Of a stretch of DNA of 64,000 nucleotides, positions 52,264 to 63,622 are shown piece by piece. The notes below the pieces were generated by a model. It had not been told where the DNA came from and searched no databases. It saw nothing but the letters and a program-made list of their open reading frames with translations. The translations under genes and the position numbers were made by a program. Positions within the stretch are counted from its first letter, which is position 1; the number at the start of each line of letters is the position of its first letter. Origin of the DNA: Glycera tridactyla (lineage: Eukaryota); assembly GCA_965644265.1 (NCBI GenBank), contig OZ286464.1, positions 88,536,001-88,600,000 of the forward strand, in the 5' to 3' direction.

Positions 52264-52482
52264 TCAGTGAGAAATTTCTTGCGAGATATCAATGCTAGAG
52301 TTTGGTTCAGTTTCAACAGATCCACGTCTTTCTTCTTCTGAAGTGTGTCGGATGGGTGTGCTTGATACACGAGGTGGCTTGATGGGTGTGTCGAAATCCC
52401 GTGGTGGGCTATTCAGGATGTCCTTCTGAGAACAGGTGGTACTGTCGGCCTGCGACAGAGTCATATCAAAAGCATCGCCATC
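52264..52482 (-). CDS. SAMHD1: SAMHD1 last coding exon (72 aa plus TGA)
   Basis: ccattttgcag|GAT GGC GAT begins DGD, as human exon 16 does. A disordered S/T/P-rich tail ends ...ISQEISH* at 52264-52266. Confidence 0.88.
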   Translation of the reverse strand, partial: DGDAFDMTLSQADSTTCSQKDILNSPPRDFDTPIKPPRVSSTPIRHTSEEERRGSVETEPNSSIDISQEISH

Positions 52483-52943
52483 CTGCAAAATGGACAAATC
52501 AAATCATCATTCCATGGACATGTGTACTCTTCACTATTCAAGTCCTACTAAGAAGCACCAATTTACAGATGCATGCATGCCATCTCAAGATTTGGTAGCC
52601 TGCCTCAGCTGTATAGATAAATAGTGCAAGGTGGTCAAGAGTTTCCAGCACTCTCCCTCTCCCATATCAGATTATGAGAGCCCACGAAAGTCAACAATTT
52701 CTAATCCTTTATTTCTGTTTTACACCTTACTGGGAAAATGACAACGATTTTTTTCACTGAAATCATGCTATATATTTTCTATCTATAGCTATAGACACAT
52801 ACCCAACATGGTGTTCAAAATGCTGGCATTCCCTCATTCCCTAGGACTCTTTCAATTCCAGAAAAACAAACACGGCCGTTTTGCGATTTCAGCCACCACT
52901 ACGCTCTGAATGTGGAATCTGGCCAAGGCCAGCTTACCACAAA

Positions 52944-52945
<2 letters not shown>

Positions 52946-52980
<35 letters not shown>
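52946..52980. repeat. (TG)n microsatellite in the last SAMHD1 intron
   Basis: Seen directly. Confidence 0.95.
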
Positions 52981-52982
<2 letters not shown>

Positions 52983-53314
52983 CATGAGTGTGTGTTCATG
53001 CCAGAGTATGTAGAAGTGCATATCTTTTTGAAGCATTTACTGAATGTCTATTGAAATTGAGAAGTCAAACACATTTGTTCCCAAAAGGGGTTCAACTGAT
53101 AACAATTTGTTCTCAACTTATGCTTTTGAGGAAATTGTCTCAAGTGTAGAAAAAAAGACAGTATTTTACAGTCTCCATAATAAAGATACTGTGATAAGTT
53201 CCATTGAGACTTTAGCAGCCCGGCCAATAATTTAGGAGTCGATAGTTATGTTTCTGTGGAGTTGCCTAACTTATTACATTTTGTTCTTGTGAAATGTATG
53301 GCATCCCAGCTTAC

Positions 53315-53452
53315 CTTTGGTTTGTACATGCTCATAGCAGCACACCATTCTTTGAATGAGTCTCTCACGAGAGCTTCAACATTTTCATCTTGACTCTTCA
53401 CATACACGCGGACCAACTGCTCGCTGAATGTGTCCGGCAGCATCTGTGATAC
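53315..53452 (-). CDS. SAMHD1: SAMHD1 exon (human exon 15 equivalent), 138 nt
   Basis: cttactag|GTA TCA CAG...CCA AAG|gtaagc. Translates VSQMLPDTFSEQLVRVYVKSQDENVEALVRDSFKEWCAAMSMYKPK, matching human [20 protein letters not shown]...FVQWCADRNFTKPQ. Confidence 0.95.
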
Positions 53453-54474
53453 CTAGTAAGATATGTGAACATTGATAAACTAATGCAACCTGAGTACATT
53501 TATGGATCAACAAGTTTCCTCCAAGTTAGATAGAATAAGGTATTAGATGAGATCACATGATTGCATGCCCAACAAATTCAGATGCTCGAATGGATCCTTG
53601 GCAAAAGGGTGAAGGACCACCATTGGACTTTTTCCCCAGTAGGCCACCACCTGAACTACCACCATCATACACTCACAGATGTCTCCATACTTCACCAGGA
53701 GACTGAGTGGAGTTGCGATAGTTATCCACATTCATCATGAGGAACCCATCCTGAATCGAGACTAGGTGTGGCACACACTGCTCAAAATATACCAGGAGCT
53801 TTTGACATCATCACATGATCATATCCAATCAGCGGATCATTTGACACAGCGACAACACATTCGCTGTTAGTGCTGAAGAAGGACCCAAAATGACATCTGA
53901 AAGCTTCTGTTTTCAAAAATCTTTCTGCGAGTACTTGTTCTGATCTACATCCACGGAGCTCAAACCTATTCCCCACAGTTTGTCTTTTTTATTTTCTTGT
54001 ACATGTTGAATGACAGTAATAAATGAATAAATACATAAAAATATAAATTTCTGACCTTCCATGTACTAATAACACAGGTGATGGGACTGGCCCCACCAAT
54101 GCTCCGTGATAACCCCACATGTCCCGACCTCAGGGACAAAGGGCAGTCCTTTTGCTAAAATCTCACTTGTTGTATATACTGAAGCATGCACTTATAAGTG
54201 TGGTCACTTTAATGAGGTCATGCACGCTCCAATATGAGCTCTACACTGATCAATCAACAGTCTTCGAATTCAACCACTCTCCCAAATCCCAGTGAGAATG
54301 ATTTGAGTTTCGCGAGAATGAAAAGACCAGACTCACTCTCCCAATTAGAATGAAAATTCCTCAGTTGAGCAAAAAAAAAGAAAAAAGAATTTATTGTGAG
54401 AACAGAACACCCAAGTTTTGACTTCACTAACAACAGACCCAATTCCCTACAAGATGATTTTGCATATACATGTA

Positions 54475-54650
54475 CAGTAAAACCTGTCTTAAGTGGAAAG
54501 TCACAGGACCAAATTTTTCTTCCACTTAAGAAAGGATTTTGCTTAGCGCAGGACAATAATAGTGAGAAAAAACATCCGGGCAGACCGTGGGGTACGTGCT
54601 TAAGACAGGATTTTGCCTAGCACAGGTTTACACTCAAGCAGGTTTTACTG
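54475..54650. mobile_element. TA-flanked pogo/Tigger-like MITE, CTTAAGACAGG subfamily
   Basis: TA-CAGTAAAACCTG...CAGGTTTTACTG-TA. Partial relatives near 7440-7560 and 8150-8310. Confidence 0.78.
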
Positions 54651-54716
54651 TACTTGCACTTTTATGATTCTGGAAAACATACAATGGCAAAACATTGGTG
54701 GTACTTAGGTAGTAAA

Positions 54717-54970
54717 TAGTGCTGTGACAATTACCTGATCATATCAATCATTGCATTGTTGAGAGGTCGATTCAATTAATCGACCATGTAAGTTGACAAT
54801 CGATTAAGTTGATTGTCCCAAAATACTGGTACAAAGGTATGATCTCACAGCAGATTTCCGGCATTTTGAGGTCAGCCAGGGGAGTCTCCACTCTGATTAC
54901 TTGTTTGATAAGCAATCGCTGCCAAGTCTGGTTAATCTATCATCACTTTTGTAACCGAGTCCGAGCACTA
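54717..54970. mobile_element. Second copy of the same hAT MITE, in a SAMHD1 intron
   Basis: Colinear with 10680-10933, same length and termini. Degenerate TSD GTAGTAAA/GTAGCAAC. Confidence 0.85.
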
Positions 54971-55222
54971 GTAGCAACTCACATGACAGGTAAGTTGGAA
55001 TTCACATTTTGATATGGCATTTACTCACACAAATAAACTAGTTGAAGCTTGTTTTCCTATTTGAACTAGCACAAATTCCAGAAAGTGATTTGTTTCAGTA
55101 TGCTCTCCAAAAGGGAGAGTGACAGAAAAAGTTTTAAATCAAGACTGAATTGATTTCTCATGGATGGCTGCTATAGGAAACAAGGGCTCTGTTTAATCAA
55201 CATTGATGGAAGACAAACTCAC

Positions 55223-55327
55223 CTGGTCTTTTCTCACACGGATGGGGATATGTGGATTACGTTTCATGTAGAATCGCACATAATCTAATGGATTAGCCGT
55301 TTTCATGCCATAATCCAGGTTGACAAA
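55223..55327 (-). CDS. SAMHD1: SAMHD1 exon (human exon 14 equivalent), 105 nt
   Basis: ttttcactttcag|TTT...GAC CAG|gtgagt. Translates FVNLDYGMKTANPLDYVRFYMKRNPHIPIRVRKDQ, matching human [35 protein letters not shown]. Confidence 0.95.
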
Positions 55328-57612
55328 CTGAAAGTGAAAATACATGAATACTGTTAAAGCAGTTTCTCAAAGGCTGGGATCAGCACAGTACATTGCTTAC
55401 TTGCCTATCATAAAGTTAGACATATAAATATCTGATTTCAATAGCCAAAATGGCTCTTGTTTGATCATCGGAAAACAGAAGGGGAAATTTTGGGTATCGC
55501 CACCCACTTTCATAATCATAATCCTCACTACATTTATGGCCATGAAAAGGGATCAACACTAAACAAACATGTGGAATATTAAATGATTTCTTTGTCAGCA
55601 ATGGATAAACCAGGGACATAGGGTAATTGTACACATCATTCTTAAAATTTAGCCACTTTCCTCATTCCCGGGGAGATTGAATTTGGTTTCAGGAGAGTGA
55701 AAAGACCAAACTCACTCTCCCGATGGGAGTGTGAAATTTTCAAATGATTAGAGGAATTTGATTTTTTGTGAAGACAGAACAACAGGGTTTTGACTCCTAC
55801 AACAAAACATAAACTTCACTGATGGCAGACCTCGCCTTGGCTAAGCTATACAACACGTCGCTTCAAGAAATGTATTTATATCTAAAGTTTACACAAACAA
55901 AACAGTGCTGCTTCTTTGATGGGTACATTCAGTTCCTGATAGTGTAGGAAGATGCGATATATGATCATGCATGAAAAGGTACTTTTCCTAAAAAAATCTT
56001 CGAAAAAGTATTTTCGTCTAAAAAATCAGTAGGGCTAATGAGGAGATCCCATACATGGCTGAGAATCATTGAGCGATGCTTTGAAAGGCATCTGTGCCTG
56101 GCGTGGGTAGAAGAAGGAACCATCAGTTGAAAAACAATTTCGTCCCCAAAATCGATAGGGGTTGTCAGAAGACCCCATTCATGGCAGGCATTCATTAGGG
56201 ATTGCTATAAAAGAGATCTGTGTCAAGTCTGGTGTGGCTAGGGATGGCTACCATCTTTAGAAAAATTCAACTCTCAAAACCCAATATCATCCCAAAAATC
56301 AACTAGGGTAATCAGAAGACCAAATACATGGCCCACATTTGATGGGGAACCCTATAGCATGCATCTGTGTCAAGTTTGGTGCGGCCAAGGGCAGCCATCA
56401 TATTAAGAAAAAGGCATTTCTAAAAATCCAATTTGGTGCCAAAACTCAATCAGCATTGTCAGAAGTCCCCATTCCTGGCTTGCATTGATCAGGGAATGCA
56501 GCCAATTCTCTCCATGTCAAGTTTGATGTGGCAGTGAACAGTGTTCATCATCATGAAAATCCATTTCTGAAAAAGAAAAACGATTCCCCACCCCCCAAAT
56601 CTCTGATACATCAAACAACTGGCTTGCATACTGCTGTGGTGATGGTTGGATGCCCCCCCCCCCCCCCCCCCCGAATACACTGGAGCATGTTTACATCAAA
56701 CCTGCTGGCGGTAGGGGCCATGGTTGAAAAGTTACCTGACCTGAACAAAAACTAAGACGTTAAGTCCAATGTCCCCAAAATGGGCAATTTCACCCCAGAT
56801 ACTGCTGTTATGAAGGGTGAACCTCTCCTGTAACACAATAGAGCATGAGTGCATGAAAACTGGTGATGGGAGGGGCCATGGTTGCAGAGTTACCCAACTA
56901 CAACAAAAGATTTGACGTGAAGTCCATATCCTCGAAAATATGCCTTTTCCACCCAAAAATATGATAAAAACTGAGATAATGCTGGATGGATGGATGGACA
57001 TCCTCCCAAATACTCAGGGGAATGTGTGTATGAAATCTGGTGGTGGTAGTTGCTGAGCTAGACTTCAATGAAGAGCTTTGAACTGGTGGTGAAAATGCCT
57101 TGTTCATATCATTCCTGATACATCATAGCACATGTGCACAAGATCTGATGATGGTAGAAGGGTTACAGAAAAACTTTGACATGAAATCTTGAAGAAACAA
57201 AAACATTGACACAAAACATTGCAACAGTGTGGACGCCAACGCCGTCGCAAAGACATTATAGATAGATAGATATTTCTTTATTTTTGTTCGTCATATAATC
57301 AGTTACATCAATCAGTGATGCGTTTCCGGTTTGACGATCCTCTTTTCAACTTTGTTGAGGTGAGGTAAAAACCCTATTCCATGCAAGATAACTTTGATCA
57401 TATTTGAATCAAGAGAACAAACCTGAGAAAAATGAGTTGGTGTTACTCAGATAGTCAGTCATGATGGAATTCAAATAATGATAAGGCATTTACTCCGACA
57501 AATATCTTGCTCTCAAGTTTTCCTTGCAGTTCGGGAGAGTGAATTTATTTTTGGGAGAGTGATTTTTTCTCATCTATTCTCCCAAACACAATGAATTAGG
57601 AAAATGCTATAC

Positions 57613-57705
57613 CTGAATGATGAGATCCGAAGTGTTGATGTCTGGCACATTTGGAACATCTGGGATATACGCGAGGATTTGTTCAGCAATTGTCTGGGAA
57701 TCAGC
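57613..57705 (-). CDS. SAMHD1: SAMHD1 exon (human exon 13 equivalent), 93 nt, phase 0 to phase 0
   Basis: ctgttgacag|GCT...ATT CAG|gtatag. Translates ADSQTIAEQILAYIPDVPNVPDINTSDLIIQ. Sequence similarity is low, but length, phase and position match the human 93-nt exon that ends EDFIVD. Confidence 0.85.
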
Positions 57706-58317
57706 CTGTCAACAGATGAAAGGATATCATGATATGAAGCCATCTTAATTTCTCAATGAGATGGCAGGAAAAGCCTTTGGAGAAACAAATGGATTTAATT
57801 ACAGTGGACCCTGCAACAAAAGATCATCCTAAATGTCACCATAAATTGGTCTCTCAAAACAGGTGGTCTCCTTTCCTTGGTATATTTGACTACCTGTACG
57901 TTAGAGAAAGTTGTCACATGTGGAGGTGGTCTGCCATTGAGGGTCCCACTTTCATGGGATTTGTTTATTATGTTCAATAACCATACAGTTGTACCTGTGG
58001 TGAGACCTCCCCCAGAGAGAACAGGGATGTGATCAGCAAAAACCCTGAAAACCTGGCCAGAGGTAGTTTCCATCACATCAATGGCCCGCTGCATTTTTGA
58101 TCAGAAACACAGAAATCTACAGATCTGTAGTACACTTCCCTAAGAGACCATCGATTTTGAGAACACTATAAGCCCCCCCCCCCCCCCCCCCCCCCTTATT
58201 AATATACCACCTAGATTATGAGACAGGCAACATATTCGTTCTTACTCAAATGTGAATGTGGTATGGTTCCATGACTTTCAAGAAAGATCAAATTTGAAAT
58301 GGAAAATTGCTACCAAC

Positions 58318-58516
58318 CTTGCCAAGTGATCGTCCTGGTTTTGGCTGGCTTTCGCCAACACATTTGTAGATTTTACGTCGTTCAATTCGTTCCAATATGG
58401 CACGTGCTTTGGCAAGTTCTGGCTGGTCGGAGTGGAGGATTCGGAAGTACAATGAATCGTTCATTTTTGAGTAGGCACACATGTCATCTATGGTCTCTGA
58501 AATCTTCAGCATGCGC
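58318..58516 (-). CDS. SAMHD1: SAMHD1 exon, 199 nt, phase 2 to phase 0
   Basis: catattgcag|G CGC ATG...GGC AAG|gttggt. Translates RMLKISETIDDMCAYSKMNDSLYFRILHSDQPELAKARAILERIERRKIYKCVGESQPKPGRSLGK, matching human [56 protein letters not shown]. Confidence 0.95.
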
Positions 58517-58891
58517 CTGCAATATGAAAACATGGAGAAGTTGTGTTTCAGTGAGTCAATCTGAGCTATTTACCCTATAGAATCAGCTCAATATATAGGG
58601 ATGGACCCCGCCCTGAGTTTGAATCTTCAACAGCCATGTTTGTTTCAAAATTGAGCAACATTCAAACAGTGGATAATATAGATTAAAATGTTGATANNNN
58701 NNNNNNNNNNNNNNNNNNNNNNNNNNNNNNNNNNNNNNNNNNNNNNNNNNNNNNNNNNNNNNNNNNNNNNNNNNNNNNNNNNNNNNNNNNNNNNNNNNNN
58801 NNNNNNNNNNNNNNNNNNNNNNNNNNNNNNNNNNNNNNNNNNNNNNNNNNNNNNNNNNNNNNNNNNNNNNNNNNNNNNNNNNNNNNNTCAC

Positions 58892-58948
58892 CCATCAGTG
58901 CCTGACACACGGAGGTATGGATCAGCTTCCAGGAAAGCTTCTGTAATC
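58892..58948 (-). CDS. SAMHD1: SAMHD1 exon, 57 nt, phase 2 to phase 2
   Basis: tttcacctttag|G ATT ACA GAA...GAT GG|gtga. Translates ITEAFLEADPYLRVSGTDG, matching human ITDAFLKADDYIEITGAGG. Phases fit both neighbouring exons. Confidence 0.92.
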
Positions 58949-59588
58949 CTAAAGGTGAAAAGAGAGACAAACACGAAGGGTAAGATAATGATGCCATAGT
59001 CAGATGTCTGTATCCATTGCATATAGATGCAAAGGATGCGGCACAGATAATGGAAAGAATGCAAAAATTACTTTGATATGGACCCTGCATCATGAAAGAA
59101 TATCCATAAGCTCATTTCATCAGAATCAATGGAGGTTTTTTAAAGGCTTCTGCATGAGACCATATACAGCAGTTTGACCGGGAATGATCAGTAATTATTC
59201 CAAAACCATACAGAATGGCATTTTCATAAATATATGGTATGGTAAGTCTGGGTAAACGTACTTCTCATTTGGACCAGAAACAATTTCAGGAATGCGATTG
59301 GCTCATTGAAACAAATCCTGAATTTCTGAATAATGTTTCTTCAGCATGGTTCAATTTTGAACTATGCAAACTACCAAAAGACCATCAATCGTGGGATATG
59401 TCAAAGCATTTGCAAATGCTACACTCTATCTTCACTAATCAGAATCAGATTTTTATAACCTGTAAACCAATCTCTATTGTGAAGCTGAAACGCTCATGCT
59501 CAAATATATGACACGAATCTTTTGAAAATCTGGCCTTGGATGTTTCTATTTAAACAAACATTTCTAGTATTGAATTCTTATCTGCAGA

Positions 59589-61080
59589 ATAGACAATAGA
59601 CAATAGACAATAGACAGTGCTTTATTTTTGCACAACAGGCGGTTTAACAGCAGTGCTCATGGTAATATAGCAAATACAATCGCGACTAAATCAGCCACAC
59701 GCGGCTGATATTCAGCTGTGACCTGTTGAGAAAATCATGGATTATTGTCATTCTATATATAGTGAATATATCCAAGACTAAGCGGGTTTTGGCGGAAATA
59801 TATAAAATATTAGAGTAGGAATGCTCATTACATCTTGGTAGACCATCAGATTACCTTAATTGCATACTGATGTCTCAAAATCTCTAATGGACAAGAGAAT
59901 ATCCCTGAATTTCAAGAATTTCCATAGGGAAACATCCAAATGGCCAAGAAGATACTTTCAGATTACAACTCAAGGGGGTTTCCCTTTCCAATATTCCCTT
60001 TTAAATGCTACAATTTTCTCAAGATTTCTCACGTCAAGCGGTAAAGCATTCCAAGCTTTAGGGCCTCGCACACATATGCATTGATCCCCATATTTATTTT
60101 TTGTTCTTGGAACATCAAGGTCATTATTCACACTTGATCTGGTTCTTCTACTATGAGCATCAGACACAGGGGCAAAGATTGACTGTATTTTACTCGATTT
60201 AACATCCCCATGTAATACCTTATAGACAAAAATATTTTGGTGAAACAGTCTTCTATCTTTCAGTCTAGATATCTTCAGGGTGTTGTGCATTTCATCTGTA
60301 CTACAAAGCCACCCTTCGTTCAAAATCATCCTGCAGGCAGCATTTTGAATAATCTGTATTCTACTGAGACTCTCCTCACTTGCTGACAAATATACGATGT
60401 CTCCAAAATCAAAATGTGGAATCACCAAGGACTTGTGCAACATTAGAGCAGTATCCTGATCAACATATTTTCGTATACCTCTGATAGCTCCCAGACGCAT
60501 TTTTGACTTTTTACATAATTTTGAAATATGCTCATCAAACAATAGGTGCGTATCCAGAAGCATACCCAAATACTTGAAAAATTCAACCTGTTCCAATTTC
60601 TCACCCCCCAGGTTCAGATTCAATGTTTCAACGCCTCTATAACCCCTCCCCTTAAATAGCATGCATTTTGTCTTCGCAACATTTAAAGTTAACAGGTTTG
60701 CTTGAAGCCAATAATTAACATCGTTCAGGTCATGCTGAATTTTATCCTCGATTTCTTCAATTGTATTGGCAGTGTAGTACAGGGCCGTGTCGTCTGCATA
60801 CATTGAGATTTTGAAGGGTTTGACTGATAGAACAAGGTCGTTTATGTATATTATAAATAGCAGCGGCCCAAGAATAGACCCCTGGGGTACACCACAGGTT
60901 ATATTCCCCATGTCCGATAAAACATTTTTGTACTGTGTACATTGAAGCCTGCCTTCTAAATAATTTCTAAACCAGGCGTTTGACCCCTGAATCACACCAT
61001 ACTCTGCAAGTTTGTTACAAAGTATAGCATGATCCACGGTGTCAAACGCCTTTTTCAGGTCGAGAAATGCGATGAATGTT
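59589..61080 (-). mobile_element. 5'-truncated L2/Crack-group non-LTR retrotransposon in a SAMHD1 intron, sense to the gene
   Basis: The element has an RT ORF, a ~350-nt 3' UTR, AATAAA (plus-strand tttatt 59621-59626) and a tail of four 7-bp ATAGACA units (59589-59616). Near-TSD TCTTCAGA/TCTGCAGA at the two junctions. Confidence 0.93.
59970..61080 (-). CDS. Reverse transcriptase (palm, thumb and C-terminal part of LINE ORF2), uninterrupted frame of ~369 codons
   Basis: Motifs FLDLKKAFDTVDH, GVPQGSILGPLLF, MYADDT, FKYLG, IQNAACR and GPKAWNALP. No stop or frameshift from 61079 to 59970. Confidence 0.9.
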
Positions 61081-62166
61081 CTGAAGATCGATACAAAAAC
61101 TGAAATACTGAATATTAGCAGCTTTTATTTCCCCGAATCTGATAGAAACCACATGTACACTGAACAAACAGTAATAGAAAAATATGATGTGACAGTGAAG
61201 TCTGAACAAAAATTACCACTTGACTTATCAACTCAGATTAAGTACAGTACATGTACATATAAAACATCACCCAAAGAACATGTATATCAAGGTCAGGTAT
61301 TTTGAATTAACTGGCAACTTAAATAGCAAATAAATTTTCATTAGATGCAAAGGACAAAACCACATGCAAGTATTGAAAGAAGAGTGGCAAAGCTGCATGC
61401 AAATAACAATGTAAAAGTGGGGAAAGTAATCAAAATGAGGAAATCACACATACAGTCTAACCTGTCCTAAGCAGCCACTGTACTGAGCAGTCACCTGCCC
61501 TGAGCAGCCACTTTTGATTTTCCCGCCAGGTTTTTTTTTCACTATAATCAACCTGTTTTAAGCAGCCACCTACCCTTAGCAGCCACTTTTTGCCTTCCCA
61601 AAGGGTGGCTGCTTAGAACATATTTGACTGTAGTTGAATATATCTGTATATGGTGGTGGCATGATAAAGACTTATAGTTGATGACTGGTGGAAAGGGAGG
61701 GGGTAAAGATCATCACATACTAGGGATTCTGTGAATTTGAATCGTGAAATTGCCAGCAAGGGTCCAGACCTATCTAAAGTCTGAAAAATAACAATATAAG
61801 CGATTTCAATTTTTGTCCCTAATCCTGAGGAGATTATGATGTGCAATCCCATATCCTGTCACCATACACAGTGATTTTGGATTGAGTTTTCAAATATACA
61901 TGGATCTTTATTTGTCTCAGATCAGACAATGGATGCAGTCCTACTCTTGCTTAGTTGATAGAATATTCGTGTGCAGTAATTGTAATAGGCATAAACATCA
62001 CATGGAGGGAACAAGCAGATGAATCCATGCCATATTCAAAGTGATAAAAGAAATCCTATCCATGAATGAATGGATTTTCAAAACACCAGAATCTATCATA
62101 AGCGGGCCAACCTCAGGAAGAAATGCACATTTACGTGGATGAGCGGGGCAAAGTGACTGTACTCAC

Positions 62167-62258
62167 ATGACCTCCACAATGTCCTTGACCTTGTGCTGGT
62201 AGACAGACTTATGGAGGACAGCACGGGTGTGAAACATATCATAGACCGTACCAGCCTC
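62167..62258 (-). CDS. SAMHD1: SAMHD1 exon (equivalent to human exon 10), 92 nt, phase 0 to phase 2
   Basis: cctttcag|GAG...GTC AT|gtgagt. Translates EAGTVYDMFHTRAVLHKSVYQHKVKDIVEVM, matching human [31 protein letters not shown]. Confidence 0.95.
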
Positions 62259-62339
62259 CTGAAAGGAGCAACAAATCCACTAGAGGTCTCTCTCACATAA
62301 TATTAGTTACCCTGAACACCACTAGGACATCGTATACCA

Positions 62340-62786
62340 CAGGGTCGCACACAGGATTTCCAGAATTGGAGGCATTTGCCCTCTCAAATTTGAGAGAAAG
62401 GGGCATTTCTTCAAATAAATTTCTCCAAAATGAATTCACTCAACAGAGCTTCAGATTTATGGTGGGCCCGGGCCCGTGGCCCACATTTTTGCCTTCTTGG
62501 CCCCTTGATATGAACTATTATGGGTCCACTGGCCCAGCTTTTTCGTCATTTTTGACCATTGATAAATGTTGTATGACCTATCATTTTGAGTTAAGGCCCA
62601 TGATGTTTTTAATTCATCGGCCATATGGACCCATTGACTTGTCAGAAAATCTGAAGCTCTGCTATCAAGCAGTACAGCACCCTTGCTGATTTTGGTGACA
62701 TTATGGCCCGTGATGGCCTCAAACGGGGCCAATAGTCGATAAAATGTGTGAAATGCCCCCATGCCCCCTATCTGGATGCAACCCTG
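62340..62786. mobile_element. CAGGGTTGCA-type MITE with a second MITE (62444-62661) nested inside
   Basis: The inner element has 14-bp TIRs CAGAGCTTCAGATT/AATCTGAAGCTCTG. The outer flanks match the uninterrupted copy at 49253-49477. Confidence 0.78.
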
Positions 62787-63622
62787 ACACCATCTTTTGC
62801 AGCCAACTTTGGTGTGAAATGAGTATTGTGTCTTCATAGCAGTGTCACCTGGCTTCCTCTGGCCTGACACTGACCCACAAGCAGTGAAGCAAGTCATTAC
62901 TCACTCAACCATCCAAGAAGATACCTGACTGTTCCCAACACCTTTCTACCAATGGACAACTTGATCTGTGCGTAGACATCCATTAAGGGGTAATATGCAT
63001 CTGCAGTTTCTGTTTAGTAGATACTGAAAATCAAATATCCTGAAGAAATTGAGAAGTAGGGAGTTTCAATACTCAAGAGTGACACGACCACAGCTAAAGC
63101 TTGAAAGTGAGAGTTCATAATGATAGGATTTCAGTTATCAGTATGCTAAGGCAAACGGGTAGGGTAAAAGATTCAAAAGGATAAACTATAAGCACCAACA
63201 ACCACAGGAAAAGAAAAACAGATACCATGGTACCCATGCTTAGTATAGTAAATAGAAGAAAGCAAACACACATCAAACAGGTGTGGTACGGAAGAGGGTT
63301 TTTTGGGTGCAGTCAGAATCTCAGGTAGATCTCTTTGTATGGGTTTGTTTTTATGCAATACCAGGGATGCCACCTCTAATGACCAAAAACTAGTAACAGG
63401 GCCATTTTTTAAGAGTAATTATGGCAGTATTTGCAATGATCAAATGATAGGATCGCAAATTTCTTGGTGTAAATTTACACAAAATGCCCAAAAAGAGTAA
63501 TCATCACCCATAGATCATAATGGTTGGCACCTCTGCAATGACAGAATTTTGTTCATTTGCTATGACAAGTATTCCACCTTTGACAAAAGTATGAAAATGT
63601 ATGCAAATGAATATGATAATAT

